A stretch of 64,000 nt of DNA from Octopus sinensis (GCF_006345805.1 NC_043004.1:7068001-7132000), one strand, 5' to 3'. Numbered from the stretch's first letter, positions 26,621 to 39,150 are shown. Notes: generated by a model from the letters alone, not told the origin. Numbers and translations: made by a program.

Positions 26621-29600
26621 TTTAAAAATAGATTGCCTCTTCTGGAGAGGAAATGGGAAAGATCAAGTGAAGATAATGTATTTAATTTAATGTTACAACA
26701 GTGTGATTAATCAATTAATGTTTACCTTCAATTAGCTATGCTAGAGTGGTGTGTCAGATGTTGCTAATATGAACATTAGCATAATGCTGGGGAATACGAT
26801 TTCATAGCTGGATGCTCTTTCTACACCATGAAGCAAATAAATGAGACAAGCAGAGTCAGGAATCTTGCTTCGTGAGTGAACAAGAGACTAACTGTTATAA
26901 AACTTGAACTTATTGCTAGGAGTACCTCACAATCACTATGCAACTCACCACCAATAGCATTTTTCAATAGAGGCTTACAAAGAGTAAGTCCTGGGGTCGA
27001 TTTGTTCGACTAAAGGTGGTGCTCCAGCATGGCCGCAGCCAAATGACTGAATCAAGTAAAAGAGATGTTTAAAGAGTTACAATGTTATCAAACAGGAGAG
27101 AAGATAGCTAGCAGATGATGAAAAGGAAAGACAGTTCTAACGAGATAATAAACCAGAGAGAAAGTTTGATTTGATAAGACAAAGGTTAAAGAGGGTGCTG
27201 TCAACATAAACAGAAATGGATTAGTTGTTAATCCAAGTCACCAATTCATGATAAGCAGAGAATTTACTCAGAATTTTTTTTTATTGCACTGGGAGCATTC
27301 AGGTATTTGGGTTTAACATCAGGTGAACCCTAATTAATCAGACCTATAATTAAAAGCTTTCCAACCAAGACTATCAAACCTTTAGAAGGATATCTAAGAC
27401 TACATGATTTAATGCAGGCAAGGGCAACCTTTTTCAAGAAGCAGACTAAGACATGCCTCCTCATCTGATGGGCCACACTAGTAAAAAAATTCAAAGTGAT
27501 TTTTTTCTTAGGTATTCCATTTAGAAAGTCTTGTGGATCACAAGTTGCCCATAACTGATCCAATGTGTCCTTTATATAAGATGGCAGATGTGATTTGAAG
27601 AAAAGTTGACTGCTGTTTCTTGAAGGTCAAGTAACTACACAGAGGCTTTCTTGTTAAGTTCTCAATAAGTTTTCAGAAATTCTACACATTTTATATAAAA
27701 TTGAATTTATTGTATTATACTGCTGAACACATTCACAGTACACCAGTGAAATATTAATCGTGCTTTAATAAAAAAAGATCACTGACTTTTTTTTTTAAAA
27801 ACATATGCTAAGATAGAATATGGTCATAGATAACTTTCTTTGTCGAATAAAAAAGCAATTCACATTCACAATGATGATTTTAATCTACTAACATTATATT
27901 TTGCTGTCCTTGCTAATTTCTTTTTCAATCATCAAATCTTTTCCTCTTATAGCAATTTTTCTTTCATGACAACTTATTTTGTACAATCTTACTCTTCTTA
28001 TATTCGACTATTTTATTTAAAAAACAAAAAGATCAATACCAGTTATGGGCAATCTGTGAACCAGAAGGCTTTGTAAGTGAAAATTTTTATCATTTTCCAG
28101 CTGCACCTGATAACCTCTATCCTCTCTTCTAAAATGAAATAGCCAAGTACCTACCCTACAGTATCAAGCTTCTTCTACTCTGACCCTTTTCTCTCGTACT
28201 TTATTCCTCTCTACACCTCATCTCTTAAGTATAAAGTTGTTTCCCTTGGGAAGTTTTGCAAACTTCATGGGGTGTTTGTAGCAAGCAAAAAGCACCTAGT
28301 ACACATTGTAAGGTGGTTGACATTAGGAAGGGCATTTAATCATAGAAACCATGCCAAGCCTGACACTGGAGCATAATGTAGTCCTTGGGCCCATCAGAGC
28401 CTGTCGAACCGTCGACCACATGCTGACATGAAACATTGATGGTAACTGATGACAATGAGAAAAAAATGCCTGGTCCAGGATTGAACCCAGAACCAAGCAT
28501 GTTAAGCACCCACTCAGTGTGCAGATAAGTTACTGTATTTCAGATTGAATATGATATGCAGGAGGGCACGTGATACTGCGTTGAAATGAGAACAATAAGA
28601 TTCACAAGAAGCAAATCGATATCTATTTTATGGATATAAATATTTAATATTAGTATAAAAGACAAACTATGAAAGTATTTCTTTAAAAAAATGTGAGCCA
28701 ACCATAGTACTAATGAACTTTGTACTTAACAGAGATAACTAATACACTGTGATCAGTTCAGAACAAATATGGGAGCAATATGTCTAATCTTAGTCTACAA
28801 ATTGACTGTTTAAATATTTCTTTTTATATTTTAAATACTTATCAGTTATTAAAAAAAAATCTATGAACAGTTACAAAATGTGAATGCTTTTGTTGTTGAA
28901 ATAATGGAACTTATAAACCGAGGTAAAATATGGTGATGTGTAATAAATAGCATTGTCTAATATTTTTACCACATTGGATAGAACCTTGATCAAGAGTGGC
29001 TATCTCTGTAAAGAGTGATGAGTTGGCAGTTGCAATCAAAGGTCATACAATCTTTTCACAAACACGCTAGTTGTTTCATAGCTTAGTGACAGCTAAGTCA
29101 GCTGTTAAAATTCACATTCAAAAGAAAGCAGTCATAGAAAACCCGTCTGATTCTCACAAAGTTAACAAAGAAAAGTTAGATCAAAAGCAGCAAAATACAC
29201 AGATTTTCTCAACAGAGAAAGCTTACAAACTTATGGAAATAAATCCTGAAAAATGGTTAAAGTAATCCTGGCAGATTGGAATAATGCCAAACTGAAAATG
29301 TGCTCTATTTCCATTAATCTCTCCAGGAAGATTCATATTTTTGACTTTATTTTTAACAAACTTTGAGAGACAAGAAATATTTTATACTAGATAAGCGAAC
29401 TCTCTACTTGAACTGCAGATAGCTTCAACTCCTTTGATTTTTGACACCCTGTGCTGCATTTAATCCCCGTCTACTACTAAAATATACTGCCTCAACGTTT
29501 CGGTTACTGAATTTGACAGCATAAGAGATGCACCCCAATTTCGGTAGCGCATATTCAGGAAAAGAAAATTGCATTAAAGCATATAATATAGGCCAAACTT

Positions 29601-30710
29601 TGAATATAGGACCCAGGATGATTTTTATGAGACATAAAAAAAAAAAAAAATGTGTTGTATGTGTCATTAAATGCGGCAATCAAGAATGTGGAGGGATTTA
29701 ATAAATTAACAGACTTACTTATCATTTGGAACTTAAAAAGGTCCATAAATAAAATTATGATTGAAGGTTTTAATTCAAATATAAACATTTAGACGGGCAG
29801 TAGTTTAATATCATGAAACTTGATGCAACCTCAGGTGGAATGGTATAAAAACGGTGAAAGAATTATTCGTTCACTTGATCAATAACTCATTAAAAAAAAA
29901 AAACTTTCACTCACTACCGCATCCACCTTCTACCCACCCTTCCTGTCCTTCTATCCACCCTTCTACAGCCATTATGTGTCCCACTTCTTAGAACTTTTCA
30001 TTGGATCCTACTATTAATCACTTTCATTCATTTCTCCTGAATTTTGGCATTTTTTTAGCATCTTTCCCTCATACTAACACTATACGCTGCCCTTCATTCC
30101 GAAGACAGCTGGTGCCTGGAAATTTTCCCCTCAGTTATGTTTCTATAAATAACTTTCAACATCTCAATGTAACAGAACAGGTATAACTCTTACGTTTCAC
30201 ACTTCCTTCTGACACGAATGAAAATCCCATATTTATGGGAAAACATTTCTTTCACAAACATTATAGAATCTCCTGTTGTGTCTGGAGAGAAATAATAGAA
30301 TCTTATTTTCATCAAATTTTTCTCTACGATATATATATATATATATATAGTGAACTAAACAGCCCCACCCCAAAAAAACCCTCAACTGGTCTGACGGACT
30401 GAAATCCTCATAAAATACATAGATATAAATTGTTTTTATATCAAGTTATACGGAAGAAAATCACGTTAAACTGAAGTATTACTCAATACGTTTTAGTGTA
30501 TATTTATTAATCTTCTAAAAAGAAACAGTTAACAGTGACTTCGAAGTTTCTGCTTGCTCACTTTCGTCGTGAATGTAGAAGTTTATATACATTATATACA
30601 TCCATTAAATAGAATCTACACATTACTATATCTACAATATGTGTTCTTACATATGGTAATTACAATAAACTTGGCAATCAAAGTAACTCAATAAAACCTT
30701 ACGGTATATT

Positions 30711-30762
<52 letters not shown>

Positions 30763-31897
30763 CACACACATGTCAACAAATTAACTTATAATTACTGTGT
30801 GAAGCAGAAAAGTTGGTCAGTTGTAAAATGGATTTCCTTGAATTAAAAAAAAATTCAAGAAATAAAGAAGTACTAGAGATATATTTCTGAGAATTATTAT
30901 TCATTTATTTGATAATTGTTCAAAATGACTTTCAACACTAATCACTTAATTATTATTATTTTAAGGACAAATTCTGCTTCGTACCACTTCAACAAACGGC
31001 ACGGATACAAATGCACAATCAGCAATATCCAAGATCAGTGCCCAGACATTCGAGAAATTTGAAGAGGACATGGCTATGAAATATGACTAACAACAGAACT
31101 AATGGAAATAAAGTGATTTTGAAGCCTCAGATATTTTAATCATTGATAAATCACTGCGTACATACAGAGAAGAGAAATAAAAAATTATCTACTTAATACT
31201 ATTGATCTTTAAATCTGATTCGCAAAAATAAGGGCATCACAAACGAGTGAAGGCAAAACGAGAGCAACCAGCTCTCAAGAGTTCAACTATTACGATCTTG
31301 TGTGACGTGTCCCTCTTATAAGACAGCATCTTGGTGGTGGTACGTGTGAAGATCAGAAATGCTCCATTCATCAATTACACTACACACTTCAGCCTTCCTA
31401 CCTTCCAAAAGAAATTACGACTCAAGGGCTTACTTTTTAAACGTACGAATTATATACAGGTCGATGTCATATATATATATATAAAATTTACCATATGTCC
31501 ACAACGTAAGGGGAATTTCGTGAATGCACATTTCGTATTGTGGGTTTCGAATAAGCTTCTCTCTCTATATATATATATATATAATCAGCCCCTTTAAAGT
31601 CTCTGATTTGGCACACAGATTTAAAAATAACACTAATAAAAGCACCTCCCTTTTGTGAAAGTCCTCCTTCTCCACCCTAAGACAGGAAACGTACATATCG
31701 TTAATTTTAAAGGTATTCTCTATCTTAATGTAAAAAATTAAAGCATAGATGAAAATAATGCTTTGATTTTGGTCGGTAATTAGCTAAATATTCAACTCTA
31801 ATACCATAGATCGTATATCAGATGTATAAATTTTGACAAGACTGCATTTTATGACAGGGAATCTTAATTGTGCTAGTGTAAGTGATAAATCGGCTAG

Positions 31898-31938
<41 letters not shown>

Positions 31939-32197
31939 CCATGATATTAATATAGACAAACTCTCCATAAATGAGAAAACTAACCAAAATATAACCAAAT
32001 ATGAGTGGATTAAGCGGGGACCAAACCTCGCCTAAATATGGTAAGAAACTGTAAATTATCTTTCAATAAAATTTACAAACCATTATAAGCACCTTATATT
32101 TCTTAGATAACAGTCATTTAAAACAAAACGAGAAATGGACATCTCTTTCTCTCTCTCTCTCAATATGGTTTGTCTAGTCAATGTGATTGTGTGCGTG

Positions 32198-32256
<59 letters not shown>

Positions 32257-32926
32257 CATTGATATTTTAAGAATTAGAATGTATCAAATACTAGAGCTTA
32301 GAGATGATAGAAAACAATGGCATTAAAATAGGTAATTTAGCTTGACTAGAATGTGACTGATCAAATTTAATATCAATGCATTGTGGAAAATAGAACCAAG
32401 TTTGGTTTGTTCTCAAGGAAGATTGGTAAATACACCGATGTCTGATAAAATATACGTGTATGTATGTATGTATGTATGCGTGGGTGTGTTTTAGAAGACG
32501 AATGTGTATTGTGATGCATTTGTGCTACGGTTTGGGTGATATTTGGAGGTGCAAGATAGGGTGTATTTATTGTAATGGTAAAGGTAAAAAGGAGCCGATT
32601 ATTCGCCCCACTGTCAAGCCGCACACACATACACACAGAGAGAAAGGTAGTGTCAGATGAGGGTGGGATGGTTAACTAGTTTATGGCTGATCACCGACTA
32701 TATTAATGACATACAATATACCGGCAACTGGATCTGAAGTATAGAATTCTATCACATTATCAAATGAAAAGAAAAGTCATTATAATACAAATAATGATAA
32801 AAGAAATATGGTTATAATAATGTTAATAAAAATAAAATTATAATTAAATATTATTAAAGATCAAATGAAACAAACAAAGAAGACATACTCGTGTAAGGAA
32901 TATATGCTCATATAAAAGGAAAATAC

Positions 32927-33097
32927 CTTCGTTTTCTTGGGTTTCTTTTGGGTGGATTTCTTGGAATCGTGTCGACCAGAATCGAAGCTTGGAGGCTGCG
33001 CAGGGTTTCGGAAACCACAGGCAAAGACCAAAGCACAAACTATTATCGCCAACATTGGCAGCAACATGGTGAGGGTGTTAAATTCTAAAGCGACCAT
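32927..33097 (-). CDS. Coding exon 1 of a single-pass membrane, Lys-rich protein (metadherin/LYRIC-like or p180-like layout)
   Basis: ATG at 33097 gives MVALEFNTLTMLLPMLAIIVCALVFACGFRNPAQPPSFDSGRHDSKKSTQKKPKKTK (57 aa, hydrophobic helix then basic tail). Donor AAG|GTATTT at 32927, phase 0. Polypyrimidine acceptor for the 5'UTR part near 33160. Confidence 0.85.
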
Positions 33098-33256
33098 GTT
33101 TATGCAATTAATTAATTAATTAATAAAAAACAATCGATGTTTAAAAAAATAAACTATGTCTATTATAGGAAAGGAAAATGAGAATAAAAGGTTTAGATAG
33201 AAGACAGGAGAGATGAAGATGAAGATATTCTGTCTGGACAAGGTCTTGATTACTTT

Positions 33257-34350
33257 CAAATGGTTGGTTCGGTCAGTCGTTATATCTTTTCTTTTTTTTT
33301 TTTTTTAAGGAGGATTATTATACAAAAAGGGGAGTGTGTCCGGGCGGTGTCGGTCGTTTGTTGATCCTTTCAAGGTCCCTCTCTCTCCCTTCTCTTTTTT
33401 TTTTCTGTATCGCTAGGAAAATGGTGTGTCTGTGTGTTAGTTTTGGGAGTCCGATCTTCCTTCTCCTCACCTCATCCGACGCTGATGATGTTGTGCTCGC
33501 TGCTGCTGGGCCATATGGTTATGTTCGTACAGCCGTTGAGGTGGAGTAACAGCAGCAGCAGCAGCAACGACAGTAGCAATTGGGAGTAGTAGGAGTAATA
33601 ACAATGGTAGCGGTCGTAGTAAACGATGTAGTGAGGGTTGCAGCAAAATTAGTCGGCGTGGTAGTATTTTAAAGGTGAGTACTGGTCAAAGCAATACTAT
33701 TAACTGGAGTAGCAGTAGTAGTCAACTTCGCTTCATACACTACTAAGCAAGATGATGGTGATGGTGGTAGTTGCAGTAGCGACGTGTGGTTGTGAGGCGA
33801 TAGTAATAATAGTAGTAGTGGTAGTAATAGAAGTTGTCAAAGACGTGGTAGCAGTAATTTTTTTTTTAATAAGGTGATAGGCACAGCAATATTAGACACG
33901 GTGGTAGTAGTGACATAGAATCAACATTAGCAACGAGATCGTCAGCAGAAACAGGGGAGATAACTGACAATAATTCAATGAAACTGTGACACGTGTTGGT
34001 TCTAATTACACACGTCTCGCTAGCACAGACTCTCGCATATATACAGCTGTATACATGTGTGTGTATATATATATAGATGGATATAGATATATATTTGTGA
34101 CTGTGTGAAAGTTTAGGAAGTAAATGTGTGTTTTTTTAAAAAAATTTTTGACAGGCATATGTTGGCTGATCCATTCTCTGGACTGCTGTCACTGCAACTA
34201 TTACTGCTGCTAACAAGCATTGTGGCCATTTTTTTCTCTCGTGACGTAACATGGTTTGCGTGTTCGGCATTTTGTCTTGTTGGCAATATTTTTGACAGCC
34301 GGCTGACTTTCACCTTGCCCTCTCCCTTTCTTCAAGAGCCATCTTTCACA
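33257..34350 (-). promoter_or_regulatory. Probable 5'UTR/promoter region of the minus-strand gene
   Basis: CpG is retained relative to the introns. Minus-strand donor GAAA|GTAATC near 33257, CRE-like TTACGTCA near 34245, and a YY1-like AAAATGGCC near 34230. The TSS cannot be fixed from sequence. Confidence 0.4.
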
Positions 34351-34594
34351 CGTCTCAGCTTTTTATTTACTTATTTATTCATCGTGACTTATTTCAGTTC
34401 CTTATACATTCTATAACTCTCTCCCTGATCGTTTTCTCTTTCTTATACAGAGAGAGAGAGAGAGAGCAGTGAGCCGAATCTGAAACCAGGTTCGATTCCT
34501 GGTGAAAGCAACTTCTCGTCGACGCCCTGCCCTAAGGGGGCAGGATTATCAGACCGTCTTATTTCATGTCTCTAAATTTGAATCTTCGATATAT

Positions 34595-34641
<47 letters not shown>

Positions 34642-36044
34642 TAAGCAATAAAGGGTTTAGCAACGAATTGCCTTACCACATACCGAATTTAGAAATAGCA
34701 GTCAAAGAGTTATAGCTATTTCTTCTACTAAAGAAGAAATAGCTATAACTCTTTGACTGCTATTTCTAAATTCGGTATGTGGTAAGGCAATTCGTTGCTA
34801 AACCCTTTATTGCTTAGTATTACTTAAATTTTCCTCGAATGAGGCTTTTACATGCCGAAGACTACTTGGTGTAATTGATAATTATTCCAAATTAATTAAT
34901 TTCACCCTTCATTATTACGGATAACTATATATATATATATATATATATATAACTTTATGATATATCTTATTCAGTTTTATCTAAGACATGTCTTTAAAAG
35001 AATTAGGAATTGCTGTGATATTGGCTTACGTCAGTCCTAACTGAGTAGAAATTTGATGAACGTGTTCCAGTCGTGACTATGCCATCCTTTCTCGGGCGCT
35101 ACATATCTAAGATTGCATTATTGTCGCCGTTCTTTTCACTACATTAAGACATGAGTTGAGGGAGAAATAGCTTCTATTTCTAGCAAGTCAAATGACCACA
35201 TATATTTTCCATGTCCCTCGTTTAGAAAATGGAAGAATCACGAAAGCTTTGATGAACAAAATCGCTAACCTATTCCAGCTTCGCAACAAGAAGTACTTTC
35301 ACTTGCATAGCTTATGTCTTTCGAAGAAGCATGTAGAACCCAAAAACCTCTCATTTCTTTCTCTCTTTAACATCTGAAGCTTTACGCTACAAAAAAAAAA
35401 AAAAAAAAAAAAGTATGTTTTAATTGCGTCTATTTTTTTCTTCGGTGAAATTAACTTTTAAGAATATAAGCACATACAAATAAATACACAGAAGCGCATG
35501 CTTGTGTAGGCGTGTACTCACAAACATTCTCACACTCACATGAGAGCATATGTTCACATGATTTCGTGGGATCGTTAGCTATTAGATCAAAGACAACAGC
35601 TGTAATATTATAAATAGTAAAAAAAGTGTTACAGGTGTTTTGGACACATCAATAAAGTTGTAAGCTTTTTCAGTTCACTATTTCTTGGTGCTGATTGATA
35701 CAAAAATACATTTTTTTTTCACCTCTTTTGTAACCATTTTAATTAAGTTCTATTTCAAATAATGTCTTTGAGAAAGATATCACATAATGACATTTCTCTT
35801 CCTGTGTTAATCAGGATTAGATGGTGTTGAGCTGAGCTTGTGGTTGTGTGAGAAATCAATCTGCTAAATACTGAATCAATTTCCCATTCTTATTTCTAAT
35901 GTGGCATATGGTTTTAAATGGGAGTAGGGGAAGCATTGTCAATTAAATCGATTTCAATACCCCTCCTGCATATCTAATTGAATTCAATAGGATTTGAACT
36001 CATGAATATACAACACAACACATTGACAATGTACTATATAGATA

Positions 36045-36835
36045 TTGGAGTGGCTGTGTGCTAAGAAGCTTGCTTCCCAACCTCATAGTTCTGGTTTCAG
36101 TCCCACTGTGTGGCACCAAGGGCAAGTGTCTTTTACTGTAGCCTCGGGCCAACCAAAGCCTTATTGGATTTGGTAGAGGGAAACTGAAAGAAGCCTGTTG
36201 TGTATGTATATATATACATGAAGGGCATCCAGCCGTAGAAACACTGCCAGATTTGACTGGGCCTGATGAAGCCTTCTGGCTTCACAGACCCCAGTAGAAC
36301 CGTCCAACCCATGCTAGCATGGAAAACGGACGCTAAATGATGATGATGATGTATAGCGTTGCCTGACTGGCGTCCATGTTGGTGACACGTAGAAAGCACC
36401 AACTGATTGTAGCCGTTTGCCAGCCTCCTCTGGCCCCTGTGCCGGTGGCACATAAAAAGCACCCACTACACTCATGAAGTGGTTGGCGTTAGGAAGGGCA
36501 TCCAGCTATAGAAACACTGCCAGATCAAACTGGAGCCTGGCACAGCTTCCTGGCTTCCCAGACCCCGGTCGAACCATCCAACCCATGCTAGCATGGAAAA
36601 CGGACGTTAAACGATGATGATGATGATGCATGTATTTGTGTGTCTGTTTGTCCCCTCCACCATTGCTTGATAACCGATGTTAGTGTATTTACGTCCCCAT
36701 AACTTAGTTCAACAAAAGAGACCGATAGAATAAATACTAGGCTTACAAAGAATAAGTCCTGGGTTTGATTAGTTCGACTAAAGGCAGTGCTCCAGCATGG
36801 CTGCAGTTAAATGACTGAAACAAGTGAAAGAATAA
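36045..36835 (+). mobile_element. SINE family A with two tandem LINE tails inserted in its microsatellite
   Basis: SINE head at 36045-36220, LINE tails at 36222-36630, SINE resumes at about 36631. Confidence 0.75.
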
Positions 36836-37489
36836 AAGAATATATTTCTATAATGTTTCTATCACTTCAGTAGTTAATGTGACATGAAGATGTGCCTAAG
36901 CTTTTAATCAGAATGATACCTTGATGACAAGAATAGATCCCTCACCATCAACTCTTTAGCATTTAAACCAGCCATATCTAGGCCAAAGATTCTACCTGTT
37001 TTATGATCAAAACAACTAGATCTGGTCTCTTACACCTACCCTACAATTTCATTCTAAAATCATCATCAAGTGCTTTAAATCCGGGTTTTGTTCCTATTGA
37101 CAGGGATGGCTGGATCTACCTCAATGTCATAGCAACCGAGATAGGCAGGTGCAACTCATCCCAACCTTTGGGCTGGCTGGTGCCCATTCTCCTTTGCTAT
37201 CATGGAGCTTTTTTTGAGATGGATTTTCTACAGGGAGCATGCCCTTGCTTACCTCCAGTTTCTAGACATGAGTTGTCCTGTGGCCTCTACCATGATTTTT
37301 AAGAAATGTGGTGGAAAACTAGCTCAGGAAGGCAGGGATAGTACTCCCTGAGACCCTTTTTGGAGTCCCACTACTTGATCTAAAAATAAATCAAAATTTT
37401 GAAGTTATGATTAATTCAAAATGGTTTGAATAAATAAACGTTACCTTTTTCAGTGCTTATTTATTCAAATTGTTTGGAAAACTGCCGTT

Positions 37490-37860
37490 AGTTGAACAAA
37501 TCAACCCCAAGACTTATTCTTTGTAAGCCTAATACTTATTCTTTTGATCCATTTTGGTAAATCACTAAGTTACAGGGATGTAAACACACCAACATTGGTT
37601 GTCGTGCAATGGTGGGCGGACGAATACAGACACACAAATATATACATACATACATAAACACGCACACACACACACAGAGATATATATATATATATCTACA
37701 ACGGGCTTCTTTCAGTTTCCTTCTACCAAATCCACTCACAAGGCTTTGGTTGGCCTGAGGCTATAGTAGAAGACACTCACCTAAGGCACCATGCAGTGGG
37801 ACTGAACCCAGAACCATATGGTTGGGAAGCAAGCTTCTTACCACATAGCCATGCCTGTGC
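37490..37860 (-). mobile_element. SINE family A
   Basis: Similar to the other copies. Confidence 0.75.
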
Positions 37861-37894
37861 CTATATCTCTAAAAATTCTGGCACACCAATAGTA

Positions 37895-39150
37895 TGAGTA
37901 GAATAGTTTTTAGGTTGAAAGCTGTGCTGTGGTGGAGAGATGTTTTTGAGAAGCTTTTATTGATTAAATTTGGGGTTATCTTAGTGTTTAGAATTTATTC
38001 ATACATATAGAACTTTGTAAGCTGGTGTTTGTATTTCTAGGTGTGTTCCCATTTGATCATGAGATTGTTTTTAAGTGGTTCACAATAGGATGTAAGGAAG
38101 TGGAGGATGTTCCAGTAATTTCGATTATTTTTGGTTTTACTGGATTTAATCCTTTACTTTGATAATGTAAAGGTCAAAGGTTCAAAATCTAGTTCAGTAT
38201 TCCAAAATTTGGTCATTGGACAAATATGCGCTTTTTATAATACCCAACTTTCCCATATATCTATAGGCCTAAAATAATATATAAGATACTCATGTTTGAA
38301 ACAGAATTGAAAAAATATTCATAAAAACAAAGCCCACAAACTCTGCCTCCATAAAACAGAAAGGTTAACATTCTTACATATTAATCAAATTGCTTATAGA
38401 ACAATGAACCCCTAGAAAGAAACATACAGACCAACAATCTTTACACCTACCCACATCCTCTTGTGGACATCAAAACACAAGAAAAACAAATTTCTATACT
38501 AACAACACCACAACATGCCTGACTAATAACCCCCACCTTCTAAATACAAACAGGAATACCTAAAATTATAATAAAACAAGTAAAGAAACTGACCAGCTAA
38601 AACACACCGCCTACTTATGTTCTTTTGTGAATCTTTAAAATTTCATTATGAAAAAGACTCCGATACAACCAGAAACCAAGTTTTGAAATACTGGACTAAA
38701 CTTTGGACCTTTGACCGTTACATGATCAAAGTAAAGGATTAAATCCAGTAAAACCAAAAGTAATTGAAATTACTGGTACATATTCTATTTCCTTACATCT
38801 TTTTATAAACCACTTAAAAACAATCTCATGACCTGAAAGGGGACACACCAAGAAATACAAAAACCAGCTTATGAAGCTCTATATGTATGAATAAATTCTA
38901 AACAATAAGGTTACTCCAAATTTAAGCAATAAAAATTTCCCTAAAACACCTCTCCATCACAATCCAACCTAAAACCAAATTACCATTCCACTCAAACCTA
39001 TATACCTAAGCAAGATTTTAACTTAACAGAGACTACATTAAGCCAAGATTAACTTCAAAGTATCATAATCTGATGATGGCTTAGCTGACCAAAACTTCGA
39101 AGTCACTGTCAATAATATTCTTGTTTAAGAATAATAAATTTATACTCTAC
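37895..39150 (+). mobile_element. Degenerate Penelope-like element with an inverted partial copy and a minimal-hammerhead relic
   Basis: 37895-38214 is the reverse complement of about 38674-38995. The 3' end carries CTGATGA-TGGC...AAAAC-TTCGAA-GTC followed by AATAAA. The ORF is too decayed to confirm a GIY-YIG domain. Confidence 0.5.

Noticed and set aside
29480-29560. Minus-strand CCTGAATA...CCGAAA and CCGAAACGTT strings
   Set aside because: Resemble Penelope hammerhead pieces, but the cores are incomplete and the stems do not pair.
29822-29884. MQPQVEWYKNGERII, resembling an Ig-domain strand
   Set aside because: Only 20 codons, ends in a stop, and has no usable splice sites.
34834-34870. 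GAATGA-GGC-TTTTACAT-GCC-GAAG, resembling a hammerhead relic
   Set aside because: Core has three or more mismatches and there is no stem I.
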